A stretch of 63,421 nucleotides of DNA, counting the filler, from Globobulimina sp. (lineage: Eukaryota), in the NCBI GenBank assembly GCA_003354225.1. It is 42 parts of 42 records of this genome, joined end to end, with 100 filler letters (N's around TTAATTAATTAA, not from the genome) between each part and the next. Parts side by side here need not be neighbours in the genome. Positions count along the whole stretch, not along the records: positions 9,082 to 10,494 come from PIVH01017068.1; positions 10,595 to 12,007 come from PIVH01017069.1; positions 12,108 to 13,520 come from PIVH01017070.1; positions 13,621 to 15,033 come from PIVH01017071.1; positions 15,134 to 16,546 come from PIVH01017072.1; positions 16,647 to 18,059 come from PIVH01017073.1; positions 18,160 to 19,572 come from PIVH01017074.1; positions 19,673 to 21,085 come from PIVH01017075.1; 34 more parts are not named here. The stretch is one strand, 5' to 3'. Under the pieces are notes generated by a model that did no database searches, was not told the DNA's origin, and saw nothing but the letters and a program-made list of their open reading frames with translations. Shown in pieces: positions 10,397 to 22,854 of this stretch. The translations under genes were made by a program, and so were the position numbers. Each line of letters starts with the position of its first letter. Position 1 is the stretch's first letter.

Positions 10397-10861
10397 AAAC
10401 TGCCGGAGAATAGTTGATTGTATTACGCACCATGAAGCCGGAAAAAATCGGGATCTTGAGCGCTTATTGCTTTATTGGGTTTATGCAGTATACGNNNNNN
10501 NNNNNNNNNNNNNNNNNNNNNNNNNNNNNNNNNNNNNNTTAATTAATTAANNNNNNNNNNNNNNNNNNNNNNNNNNNNNNNNNNNNNNNNNNNNGTCAGA
10601 GTATAGTTATAACAGTAAGTTGCAGAATGTATTGGTGAATGCAATACTGAGTGAGCTGGAGCTTAAAGATAAAGAAATATTGAGGTATATGTATATACAT
10701 TATACAGTGGTTCGTCTCTTATTGTCCGCATTCTAAATATATACACATACAAATTACAAATGTACAGTTAATAATAAACTGTAGATTTGACACAAAAAAA
10801 CATTTGTTTGTATATGATACTCATTTTTGTTGTTCCAAATTAAAGTGAAGGCATAATACGT

Positions 10862-11374
10862 ATGAATCGGCGACTTAGTACTATGGATAGCAACTCTGTG
10901 GTAAATTATTTGTTGCTGCATTCGTCTGTGAATAATACAGAGTGGGCGGAACTGGATGATATTGATTTTTTGGAAGGTTTGGATGTGGACAATATTCTGA
11001 ATAAAGTAGAAGAGAAAGAGAAAGAGTTGGAGCAGTTGGATGAATATGATGATACGTTGCAGCTTAATGACGATATTGAGGGAAATGAGGTGTTTGATGA
11101 TGTTAATTCTGATTATATCTATAGCCATTACTGTCACTCAGCAACCACATCATCTTCGAGTGTTTCTGTTTCGTCACGTTCGTCCATTTCAATATCGCGG
11201 TTTAGAGCCATTATGGATAAATCAGATAAAAAATATGATGTTGATCAAGTTGTTAAGGATTTATCGGATGAAAATGGACAAATTCCGTTGCATAGGATCT
11301 CTTCTTACAGGAAACGAATGGATTCAACAGTTGACATCGATATGTTTACAAAAGAAAATGTTAATATACAATGA
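10862..11374 (+). CDS. C-terminal exon of an acidic hypothetical protein
   Basis: 170-aa D/E-rich ORF downstream of an intron-like GTATATG segment (~10685). Confidence 0.4.
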   Translation: MNRRLSTMDSNSVVNYLLLHSSVNNTEWAELDDIDFLEGLDVDNILNKVEEKEKELEQLDEYDDTLQLNDDIEGNEVFDDVNSDYIYSHYCHSATTSSSSVSVSSRSSISISRFRAIMDKSDKKYDVDQVVKDLSDENGQIPLHRISSYRKRMDSTVDIDMFTKENVNIQ

Positions 11375-12107
11375 CATAACGTTACCATCACCGTTCATGT
11401 TTGTACAATTGATAAGAAATATTGTTAATTCGTGTATTTTGCGTGAGATCTTTTGTGTTTTGTATTTTATTTTGAAATTATATTTTGTGTTTGTTTTGTT
11501 TTGATGACTAGCTTACATCAACAAAATCTTCGAATCAATGAAACAATTTTTTAATTTGTTTGTTTTGTTTTTATTTTGTTTATATTTTGTTTATAATTTA
11601 TTTCCAAGGTTTTCTCTTTATTTTCTTGGTTTATTTATTATTTATTTTTTGATTGGTACTATACTAGCTTTATATATATTTTTATTCGCATTTGATATGA
11701 TTTTGTTTTTTCCACAGTTATCTTTTTATCAAATTGCATTTTATTCCATATACTTTTTATTCTTTCTATTTAGTGCCTATCTTATCTTTTTTACTCTCTT
11801 TCGTTCTTTTTTTCTTATGTTTAGAAGTTCCAATGTTCCAGCAAAACAAGTTCATTCTGGCAGGTTTCAATGTTTGTAGGTCCGACAAAATCCGATTATG
11901 TTTCTTTCATTACTGCTGATCTGTAGTGAAAATATTGGTCAAACCTAAAACCTCTAAACATAAAAAACAGGAAACCTAAAAACATGGAACTTCGCACTAG
12001 TTCGCAGNNNNNNNNNNNNNNNNNNNNNNNNNNNNNNNNNNNNNNNNNNNNTTAATTAATTAANNNNNNNNNNNNNNNNNNNNNNNNNNNNNNNNNNNNN
12101 NNNNNNN

Positions 12108-12490
12108 CTCATTAGGATCAAATACAAATGCTGCTTCGCGATGGGCGTCATATCGATGTTGCGCACGTGGACGAGATGGCTTGGATGAACCTGTATACCT
12201 TGCGTAATAATATCATTATCCTCAGCCGATTCCTCCTCACAGTCTGCAAATTCTTCGTCGTCGATATCCATTTTCATGGCAACCGCGTGTTGCGCACAAA
12301 ACCAAGTGAATTTATTTGCGCCTTCTTCGTCATATCTCTCTCTCTCTGCTCCCGACAGACAGCCATCGTGGATCCATTCATTGCATGCATTTTCTTCGAG
12401 ATTTCCAACCTCACATAATATCGATGTGCCGTTGACGTCTACGTCGCGAACGCAACATAAATAAACATAACCTTTTGCATTGCTGGCCAT
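12108..12490 (-). CDS. PHD-finger-like protein, 3' partial
   Basis: YLCC..SILCE..CNEWIHDGC..WFCAQH. Confidence 0.65.
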
Positions 12491-12686
12491 ATTGCGTTGA
12501 CTTATGCTCTTTTGGGAGAGCAGAATTTTAGATTGCTTTGAATCGGTTTCATATGAATTTAATACTTAAATGGGTTAAATTCATTATCTAAAAACCGATT
12601 CAAAGTTGGCAAACTAGAGCGTAAGTGCCATTTAATCGAACCTTTTTGAGTTAAGTCACAGAAAATACTTAGTTAGCACTAGTCTA

Positions 12687-13520
12687 ATGGCAGCAGTTCT
12701 AGTTGATGTGGATCTAAACGATGAAAAAATGAACGCCACCCGCTCAGCCATCATACCACAGAAAAACGTCCCTCTAAAACTAAAATATCCAAAACCACTG
12801 TTCCTCCGCACCAAAAATGGCAAATCATTTCTAATCATCATATCGCATCATGAAGATGAGAAAAAAAACTGTGTCGGTTATGACATCGCACAAGAAAAAT
12901 ATTTCAAACTCGGTTCGTATCCAGCCATACAATTAAAAAACCCCACTCTGAGCATATCCGATGATTTTCAATATTTATATTGCTTTGACGGCACAAAACT
13001 AAATCGTTCCTTTGCTGTTTTTGAATTCGATTTAAATGGCGATCGGCCCAAAATAATCGACATCAAAAAATCAGTGCCACACAAAAACATCCGATGCCAA
13101 CGGAATATCATAACTTGCGGCAAACAAACCTTATCTTGCTATGTCCCCAAACCATGGGACGAGTTCCATATTTTCGGCGGCCGCTCAAATACAAAGCATT
13201 TAAAATGGGACATACGCATTAAAAAATTCATAACTTGCTCCGAGACGCATAATATTATGCAAACGCAAATGAATAAACAAAAATTAGTCGCCACGGAGCT
13301 TTTATTCTGCGTCAAACAAACGAGATTTTACATGTTAGCGCCCAATGGGACGCATGAAATATGGACATTGTTGTATGAGACCACTGGAAAACAGACGAAT
13401 GAGTGGGAAAAAAGCAAATTAACATTGCCATATGAACTATTTTCGGGTTTTGGAGCAATTTTTTATAACAAATATATGCTAATATTTGGTGGCTTTGGCA
13501 GGAACGGCTTGAATTATATC
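12687..13520 (+). CDS. Kelch-like beta-propeller protein, 3' partial
   Basis: FHIFGG..KHLKWD, WEKSKLTLP, MLIFGGFG. Confidence 0.7.
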
Positions 13521-13630
13521 NNNNNNNNNNNNNNNNNNNNNNNNNNNNNNNNNNNNNNNNNNNNTTAATTAATTAANNNNNNNNNNNNNNNNNNNNNNNN
13601 NNNNNNNNNNNNNNNNNNNNTCTGAAATGA

Positions 13631-13735
13631 TTCAAAAAGATCCATAATTGACCCATTATGATACATTTTGATTCGTTTTCACGTATCAAAATGTATCATG
13701 TGATGCGTATCAAATATGGATCTTTTTGAACAGCC
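13631..13735. mobile_element. Palindromic MITE-like element, right end GAACAGCC followed by TTA
   Basis: TTCAAAAAGATCCATA..ATGATACATTTTGAT inverted against ATCAAAATGTATCAT..TATGGATCTTTTTGAA; left terminus missing. Confidence 0.7.
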
Positions 13736-13820
13736 TTAGCCACTGCCGTCATTTCAATTTTAAGAGTTTGTACATGTTTTGACCAGAAAGTTCAGGAAAA
13801 TCATGGAAACTCATAACAAA

Positions 13821-13960
13821 AATCATAAAAATCTCAAAAATTCAAATCTCAGAAGGAATTTCGTGAAGGATTTCTATGTGAGTTGTGACAAAAACATGCA
13901 TAAAAATCAACATGCACAAAAATCATAAAAATCTCAAAAATTCAAATCTCAAAAGAAATC
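13821..13960. repeat. Direct repeat, 100-bp period (AATCATAAAAATCTCAAAAATTCAAATCTCA)
   Basis: 31-bp exact copies at 13821 and 13921. Confidence 0.85.
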
Positions 13961-15133
13961 CTTCATGTGATTGTCTATTTGTTTGTGAATATATTTGAGA
14001 TTGAGAATTGAAGCAAAATACACCAAATCTGCCACTTTTGGAGGCCAGGAAAAACTCTTCACTTCAGTCTCTCATTCGGATGTAAGAGAGGGAAGTGATA
14101 AGGGTCGTGACAATCACCAAGAGCTTATGCAAAGCGCATGCAGTGTTGGGATCAGATCGATCTCCTGACACCAGTACGTCTAGTACCACGTGGGTAGGTA
14201 ATTAAATCTCACAAATATCAAAAAGCTGAAAAGTTCTATAAAATAATTTATATTTATATTTACATTGCACTCAACAAACACACACATTTTTAAAAAATAA
14301 AATAAATAGTCAAATAACCGCCTGCGGCCGTATGGACCTCACAAAATTTGCTTCGCAAATTTTGTTCGGTCAAATAATAACGCTGCACTCACATGTGTGA
14401 TCCTCATTTGATTATTATTAATATTCAGATATTATTTAATGGCCTAAAATTGGCATTTCATATCCTATTAATATCCAAATATATATTATTTAATGGCATA
14501 TTATTTGCAATAAAATACACTTCGCAATGTACGTATTCCCGATCAAGCCAGGCCCCCACACCACTTCGCAATAAATCAATGGTTTTTCAAAGAAATCCCA
14601 TATGGCAATCAATCACTGGAGGTATGAGTAGGAACCCGACCGTCAATGGATTTATTTGATGGGTAGGAATGGTGTCAATGAAAAACCAACACCAACAAGG
14701 AATGGTGTCAATACTATTGGCGGAATAAATCCGGTTTTGTATACCCGTCAATAATATCGTCAATAATATCGTCAATAATAAAATCGGAGTGGAGGGCGCG
14801 GCTTCATTTTGCAATTGTTGTTGGGACAGCTCTCCGTTTGAAATCTTCCCATAGCTGCGTAATATAATTTTAATTCTGTTTGCAGAAGTGCAGTGCAATA
14901 ATGTAGCATCACATTTACCATCCACAAATGGTGTGGCACTCATGGCTGTTAGAGTTTTCTTTGACCGCACTTATGTTTTAAATAGCGAAGACTTAGTGGT
15001 AATGGGCACAAGGAAGGCACAGGATGATTTAAANNNNNNNNNNNNNNNNNNNNNNNNNNNNNNNNNNNNNNNNNNNNTTAATTAATTAANNNNNNNNNNN
15101 NNNNNNNNNNNNNNNNNNNNNNNNNNNNNNNNN

Positions 15134-15300
<167 letters not shown>

Positions 15301-15667
15301 TTATTTGTTTCTTTTGTTTGTTAGTTTGATTGGTGACAAAATATGTGCAAAATACATCTTATTTACACTACAAATTCTTGTGTCGGATTCATAAAAATTC
15401 TGGTTCGTTTATTTAATGGTTCGTTGTGGATTTTGAAAATAAAAAGTTTAAAAAGAACTGGTCATCTTTAAAACCAACGCAAAATGCATCGTTAAAAAGA
15501 TGATATTGTACATATAACATATAAATAAATAACAAAAGGAAAAGAGTAAAAAGTAGGCTAATATTTATATATTTCAATTAATAATTTAATATCTAACAGG
15601 AATAAGTAACATAATAAGCTATAAATTGTATCTAAACTCACGTGTCAGTGTCTAAACTGAATTCGAA

Positions 15668-16546
15668 TCATATTATTCCGTTTTTCCTCCTTCTCAAACT
15701 ATATCGTTTTTTTTCCGGTCTTTGATCGAAATCACGGACATTATCTGACATTGTGTCCATTTCATGCATTGATATAGCAAATGTCTCATGCAATGTGCGA
15801 TAAATCCACGTTTGGATCAATTTATCATGTTTTATCTTTACATATTCGCCTTGTTTGTAGGCATTGTATTGTTGCATTAAGGCATGTATTATTTTATCAT
15901 TATTTTCAAATTCATTGGCAAACTGACAATCTCTTTTAAACAATCCCCAATATGGAATGACTGGAATTGCTGCAGCTGGGCACGGACCATTTGATGCTTG
16001 CGATATTTGTGATATTTTATTTCTTAATAAAATAAAATTATCTCTATAGCTAACAATATCAGAAATCAATTTTAATTGATTGTGATGTTTTTTTTTAATA
16101 ACACTTTTGTGTTTATACCAGGCAATTTTTAATTTTTTTGGATAAACACAATTTGATTTCAATGCACAATTAATTGCAATTAGGCCATGGAAATTGTTTA
16201 ATTTCAGTAAAAAACCACATACAATGATCCATTTTTTAATAATTTTCGCTCTCAATTTGCTATTCGGTGCAATAAGAATAGAATATTGTACCCAACAAAC
16301 AATCTGATTAAACATTTTTGTATAATTTTGTGTATAATAATTATTATTATCCATACAATCAAAATTATCAAATGGTATATTCAGATAAATATTATACATT
16401 ATCAATGTTAATTGTTCTGCGATAGATTTTGGTTTAATGCTTTTTAACAAGAACTGTTTTGTCCCAACACCTTCATGACTCAAAGGTAGACCATTTCTAT
16501 GAAACGGTTTACTGATGAGTTTCCTCTGTTTTTTCATTTGTTTTTG
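15668..16546 (-). CDS. RasGEF (CDC25 domain) protein, 5' partial
   Basis: IAEQLTL, FNQIVCWVQYSIL, RAKIIKKWI, LNNFHGLIAI..AL, VIPYWG. Confidence 0.9.
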   Translation of the reverse strand, partial: QKQMKKQRKLISKPFHRNGLPLSHEGVGTKQFLLKSIKPKSIAEQLTLIMYNIYLNIPFDNFDCMDNNNYYTQNYTKMFNQIVCWVQYSILIAPNSKLRAKIIKKWIIVCGFLLKLNNFHGLIAINCALKSNCVYPKKLKIAWYKHKSVIKKKHHNQLKLISDIVSYRDNFILLRNKISQISQASNGPCPAAAIPVIPYWGLFKRDCQFANEFENNDKIIHALMQQYNAYKQGEYVKIKHDKLIQTWIYRTLHETFAISMHEMDTMSDNVRDFDQRPEKKRYSLRRRKNGII

Positions 16547-16773
16547 NNNNNNNNNNNNNNNNNNNNNNNNNNNNNNNNNNNNNNNNNNNNTTAATTAATT
16601 AANNNNNNNNNNNNNNNNNNNNNNNNNNNNNNNNNNNNNNNNNNNNTTAAACATATTTATATGGAATATGAAACAAATAGGATCCAAGTCACTCAACAAC
16701 AAAAGTTACATTGTAATACAATATAAAGTGTGTCATTTGCATAATAATAAAAACATATACACAGACACCAACA

Positions 16774-17310
16774 ATGCAGCCAACACCAACACCAACAAGT
16801 AATCCAACAAGTAATCCAACACAAATACCAACAAGTAATCCAAGTATGGATCCAACACAAACACCTACGCAACCACCAACTGCTACTGCACCGCCTTCAA
16901 CTTCAACTACACCCCGACAGACACCAACAAGTGATCCAACTCCAACACAGACTATCCATAACACAGTAAACCCACAATTGCAAGATAATAATAATAATAA
17001 TAATAATATAAATGTACATAATAACGGTGACAGTTACTCGCAAGCCCTCAGAACCGGTGAGACCATAGGTATGTGATATCGATATATGTTTGAGTTTATG
17101 TGATATGTTTAATATACGAATAACGTATAAAATAAGTTCCGTACACTTATATATTTTATGGTGCCTTGACATTTGTTGCATTTTTATTAATTGGAATGGC
17201 ATTTTGCTGTTACTCTAAATTGAATGCACCTAAACATGAAGAAGAAGAAGAACATGGTAATAATAATAATGATATTCAATCATCAAATTCTTTTTCTTTA
17301 TATTATTAAT
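16774..17310 (+). CDS. Mucin-like Pro/Thr-repeat membrane protein fragment with intron at ~17069
   Basis: PTSNPT repeats, GTATGT donor at 17069, then a hydrophobic segment. Confidence 0.5.
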
Positions 17311-17518
17311 AATTATTAATAAAAAAAGTATGAATAAGCACAGGATAGAAATCCTACACTCCCGTATATATAGAAACGTTTTTTATTTTATTTTTGTTTT
17401 AAGAGCCTCATCAATTTTATTTCAAAATATTTTTACTTTTTTTTTTACTTTTTTTTTTCAATTTATTAATTAATTAAAGGGATTTAAAACAACGCAAAGT
17501 GCACGCCATTACATATGG

Positions 17519-17675
17519 CGCATTGTAGAGTACTTTCCCTGTAGATTGGTTTAAAATGATTTCGTTTCAGATTATCCTCGCACTGCTGGAAGATGGTGGT
17601 TCCATTATCAGTCTAAAAAAAACTGAAACGAAATCCTTTCGAACCAATCTACAGGGAAAGTATCACTACAATTCG
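17519..17675. repeat. Palindromic MITE-like element, ~52-bp arms
   Basis: ATTGTAG..TACTTTCCCTGTAGATTGGTT..GATTTCGTTTCAG inverted at 17623-17675. Confidence 0.85.
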
Positions 17676-17866
17676 TAAATCAAATCGTCACACTGGCAGT
17701 TGCAACGTTCGTGCAAAATTCTAAAGTTAAATTGAATATCCATATTAAGCCCAAATTTGGATTCTTACACTTTCAAATATGCACATATAGCGATGATGTA
17801 ATATTGACATGCCCCCTTATCAATTACGCTCGGCTCGGTGGGAAGTACTGGGAACCGTCACGGTAT

Positions 17867-18059
17867 GGGAATGTTGTTAAATTACGTAATTAAAATTTGA
17901 CCCTAGGTCCTAGGTCCTACATTGTTGCAATTTGTTACAATGTGAAAAATCTGCTTCAACTCCTTTACATTCCTTTAAGAAAAAAAGTTTGAAGTTGTTA
18001 CAATTTGTTGCCATTGCGATTGGACCTAGGAACTAGGGTCGAATTTTAATTACGTAACA
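17867..18059. mobile_element. MITE family B, long copy cut by contig end
   Basis: Starts GGGAATGTTG; arms TTACGTAATTAAAATTTGACCCTAG..TAGGTCC / GGACCTAG..CTAGGGTCGAATTTTAATTACGTAA; core shared with 2615-2735. Confidence 0.85.
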
Positions 18060-18159
18060 NNNNNNNNNNNNNNNNNNNNNNNNNNNNNNNNNNNNNNNNN
18101 NNNTTAATTAATTAANNNNNNNNNNNNNNNNNNNNNNNNNNNNNNNNNNNNNNNNNNNN

Positions 18160-18922
18160 CACGCAAGTCATAGCCGAACAGATCACGTTGATGGACTTTG
18201 CCATTTTTCAGTCGATTACCCGGCGCGAAATGACCGGACAAGGCTGGAAAAAGAAGGATCGCGCTGTGCGGTCTCCGCATTTATTGGCTATGATAGCGCA
18301 GTTTAACAGTATAAGCAAATGGGTGCAATGCGTGGTGTTGCAGCAAAAAAATGTACGGCAACGCACGCAATGCATTGAGAAATTCATCCGCATCGCAGTG
18401 AAATTGAGGGAGTTACGCAATTTCAGCGCGTGCTGTGCAGTGAATTTTGGTTTGTCGGCGAATGTGTTGTATCGGCTAGAAAATGCCTGGACGCGTGTTT
18501 CGAAGAAAGAGTCGAAGCAGTTTAGTGAGATCCAGCTGATCTACAAAGCGAAGAAGAACTGGGAATTGCTGCGTGTGCTGCATAAGAATGCCTATGCGCC
18601 CTCCATACTGCATACGGGACTGTTTATGCAGGATTTGGTGAACACGGATGAAGGCAATGAGGATAAGAAGAAAGATGGCACTGTGAATCTCAATAAGTTG
18701 CGGCGAACTTATAACTTAATTGAACAGATTTGTATGTATCAACAATCGCAGTATTTCACGGTGAAAGGCGACATGATTCTGCAGGAATATTTGCGGAAAG
18801 AGTGGCAGAAACAAGCGTTGTATAATGAGAATAAAATGTATAAGATATCCAAGATTGTGCAGAATAAAGATGCGGAGGGGAAAGAAATCGAAGAGTCCGA
18901 TTTGTTGCTTATTGCGTGGTGA
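18160..18922 (+). CDS. RasGEF (CDC25 domain) protein, 5' partial
   Basis: IAEQITLMDFAIF..W.KK..SPHL..FNSISKWV..RTQCIEKFI..LRNFS..TDEGN..VNLNKLR. Confidence 0.92.
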
Positions 18923-19672
18923 TAGTTTGGGGGTTAATTTCTGTAATTAATTAATGCTTTTTTTTGTTTTTTCTTTGCGTTTATTGTTTTGAATTGTATC
19001 ATACATTTGGCTTTTGGTCAGGTTTTTGGCTCGATCTAGATTCTTTTAATTATTTGTCAGATACACAGTGAGCAAAAAAAGCACAAATATATTAAATTGG
19101 AAGCTAGTTATATGAAAATCTCATCTCTTCGTCTGATGAAAGCAGACTTTTTTTATACTTCCGGTAGCCGTGTGGCTCAAACGTAGCTTGTATTTAACAG
19201 CCATCACACGGTGTTATTTATGGTTTATTTATGGTTTATTTATGGTGGTGTTGATTATCACCAAATGTGTACATTTTCATTCTCAATCCATTCATCTGGT
19301 GAGGCTGCCTCAGGGATTAAACCTGAATCTTCTGGATCCATACATGCAGTGCTCTACTTGAGCTAGGCGACAATCCATATGCATACCAATTATACTAATT
19401 GTCAAAATCATTGTCGCTCAGTTTCTTTTCATAATCATTGTCGTTTTTTAGGAATTCCAGGATTTTAGAACTTTGCGTCTGTACAGAAATGAATTGCTGA
19501 GTGACAAAACCGTTATAAGGTAACAACTGCGTTGCTGATTGACAGAAACACCTGCTCAAACCCTTGAGAAAANNNNNNNNNNNNNNNNNNNNNNNNNNNN
19601 NNNNNNNNNNNNNNNNTTAATTAATTAANNNNNNNNNNNNNNNNNNNNNNNNNNNNNNNNNNNNNNNNNNNN

Positions 19673-20478
19673 TCTCCATTGCATAGCTTCCTGTTATATG
19701 ACTCGCATTGAACCGGACAGCCATAAATAGATTTTATCTCCAAAGTATAATCGCATGCTTCTGTCTCATATAAGGGTTCCTCATCGGGCACGTTTAGGAA
19801 CTCATTCTCGCATAAAAATGCGATGGTAAATCGTCTGTTGATTGGACAACCACCGTCATGCAGGAAATCGCCATTCACATAGCTCAATTTCACGCCAACT
19901 GTTGGGTTTTGCGGGTAATATAAGGACCATTCTGGTGGCCCACCTGTGTTTAATTTGTATCGGTGTATGTTTTTGTTTTTGTTTTTTAGCAATTATGGGG
20001 CAATAGATCTGTATATACCAAATTCGTTTGAAAGACGCCAACAATCGTCGATATAGCTGGTGTTTCCATCTGTATTATTGCGTAATTGATAGGCATAGGC
20101 AATGCCATTGATAGGTGTTAATTGTGTGTGGCATACACCTGCATTTGTTATATTTGTACAATAGCCTGGATTTGATGTTATATTAGAACATGATTTGTCT
20201 TCTTTTAATACTGGTGCTCCAATATTGAAATGATACAAATATTTTCCATATTCGTTACTTATATGAGAGTATCTATAATCTTTTACTTCGTAATAATCTC
20301 TCTCACCAAAACCGTTTGGTAGTTTAAGATTACACACATTGAACGCTGTGCCGATGGCTGGGAAGTATACAGAGCATTGATCAATGGATACGTATTGTAA
20401 TGGATCGGGTATCTTGCTGTTGGATATGGTGAACGATATGATTATGTTTAATATTATGATGATATATTGAGGCGCCAT
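19673..20478 (-). CDS. Mannose-6-phosphate receptor homology (MRH/ATG27-like) protein, intron 19944-20018, 3' partial
   Basis: Signal peptide; YLYHFNI, GVKLSYVNGD..C..NRRFTIAFLC, EACDYTLEIKSIYGCP; removing the 75-nt GT-AG intron joins the two ORFs in frame. Confidence 0.8.
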
Positions 20479-20556
20479 GTTCCGCTTACTTCAAGTTAAG
20501 TAAAAATTTGTATAAATTCCTTCGAAGTATACAAAAAAACTAAATTACAATTTGGC

Positions 20557-21085
20557 TTACATTGAAAAGAGTGGATGCATTTCACCAACATTTATTGTGT
20601 TTGTTTCATGTGCCGGTAAAACAATATCTTCATTGTCATCATTATTATTTATTGGATTAATTTCAACATCTTTCAGTTGTGTATTATTTACAGTATCCAA
20701 AATATCTGAAATATCAATATGAGCAACATCCATTTCATCAATATCATAAGTATCATCTTCATGTCCTATTACTGTCAGATTAATCTCTTTAATTATCTCC
20801 AATTCCAACAAATTATTTTTATTTTCATCTTGTTCCAATTCCAGGATATTATCCAACTCATTTTCACCTAAAACCATTGCAAATGTACCCGTTTGTGGCA
20901 AAGCAATCTTTTCCTTTCCTTTCTCTTTTTTTTTATTGTTTTTATGAAAGAAATACAAATGTATTTTATCCACCATTTCTAATTTAAATATATCCTCACT
21001 CGAAACATCAAAATGTTGACTATCCATTAAATGTTTTCTTCCATTTTGAATATCATGCTTTTTATTGCATTCATTATGGATTCTT
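20557..21085 (-). CDS. C-terminal part of an acidic hypothetical protein
   Basis: Open frame to contig end, no domain recognised. Confidence 0.4.
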
Positions 21086-21347
21086 NNNNNNNNNNNNNNN
21101 NNNNNNNNNNNNNNNNNNNNNNNNNNNNNTTAATTAATTAANNNNNNNNNNNNNNNNNNNNNNNNNNNNNNNNNNNNNNNNNNNNTATCCTATTTATATT
21201 CTTTCTTCTTTGTCTTTACTTTATCTTAGTCCCCTTATTAACATACTACACGAACTTTTGAAAATTGGTGCACTTATTGAACTGACTGGAAATTTAGAAG
21301 CTGTTTGACAAGTTTTTTAAAAAATCAGTACTTATCGGAAACCCCTA

Positions 21348-22598
21348 ATGTCACCACCTTATAATTATTACAATCGGTCTGGACAGCAAATATATCCAAA
21401 TGAGAATGGTGTTTATCAAAATGCCACATCCTGTTCTGCTGCGGATTGGGTTGATAATGATGTTGAAATATTACAAATTATCTTTTATATTGCATGCTGT
21501 GTAATATTTTGTTATGGTTTCAGCAGACTCATGAAAGGCAAAAGGCGCATGGAAAAAAGTATAGAACAGCTTCAAATACAACAACAAAACAAAAATAATG
21601 ATGAACAAAAACAATTAGAAATTGCAACAAAGCCAATTACCACCCAAACGTTCACAAGGTTGACATTTGCATCATTAGGAATAGCGATTACAATCGAAGT
21701 GATAACAAACGTATTATTAACAACCTGGTTTGCAAATAAATTAAGTGTGGCACAGTTAGATGCTACAAATGACGCAGATAATTTCCTTATTCCTATTGAA
21801 GATATATTTCAATTTTTCGAGGATGGAATGACAGTGCGCATCTCCCAAGCAATTGGAGCCAATGATTATATGACAGCCGGTTTATTGATCAGATGGGCTG
21901 CATTTGGCGGATTTATTACCGGTTTAATTGGTGCTTTGATAGCAACCATTTTGGCATTCATTGATCCTATTTTTTCATTCTTTGTTCCTACAACCACAGC
22001 CACTATAATTCCTAAACATTGCCCGCCAATTCCATCCATCTCGAATTTACAATCACTGGCAAGACCATATTGGATATTAACTGCGTTTTCATGGATTCCA
22101 GCATTTATCAATAAGTCCTCAACAGGTTTCTTTATCGGAAGTGGAGAAACACAATTTTGGGCTCTTGCTGTCATAGTTCAATCATTGTCGGCAATCTTGT
22201 TATTTTTTGCATTCATTGACAATGAGAATCTTATATCCCACACAGCATTGAAAGGATTAATTAATTTGGTTCCTGCGACGATTTTTACTTTATTTGCATT
22301 CATTTGTTTTGGTCGAAGTAAGTTTGTTGAACAAAATGGTCTGAAATCGAAGATGTTTACTAAAACTGGTTTCAAAATCTCATATCAAGCAGCTTTGGAT
22401 GGATCACGATTATTGTTGAAAGATTTGGTGTTGACGTTACAGAAATCAGTGTCTTTACTGATGGCAGCTCATATTGGTTTGGGTTCGCAATATCAACTGT
22501 TGTTATATAATACAGTCCAATCTGTGTATGGTTATAGTTACGGTTCACAGAATCAAGGCAGTGTATTTCCAATAACTTTAGGATATGGAATGAGATTA
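21348..22598 (+). CDS. MATE-family-like transporter with extra N-terminal TM, 3' partial
   Basis: Many TM helices; GMTVRISQAIGANDY, ARPYW..AFSWIP, GFFIGSGET. Confidence 0.7.
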
Positions 22599-22854
22599 NN
22601 NNNNNNNNNNNNNNNNNNNNNNNNNNNNNNNNNNNNNNNNNNTTAATTAATTAANNNNNNNNNNNNNNNNNNNNNNNNNNNNNNNNNNNNNNNNNNNNCA
22701 AGGAATTTAACCTAAATAATTTGACGACTTGCAGCCAGTTCTGGGCAAATCACTCTCCTGTAGTCGCCCTTATACTTCACTTGAAAGGTTTTCACAGAAA
22801 ATACCAAGACTACTAAATAACAAGAATAGTATTCTTGAAAATACAGTGAACAAA

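Noticed and set aside
7569-10494. NuiA-like gene beside traD as a conjugation/nuclease-defence module
   Set aside because: Different contigs separated by an artificial spacer; the NuiA-like contig carries a host MITE
11538-11879. Phe/Leu-rich 113-aa membrane-like ORF
   Set aside because: Product of T-rich low-complexity sequence
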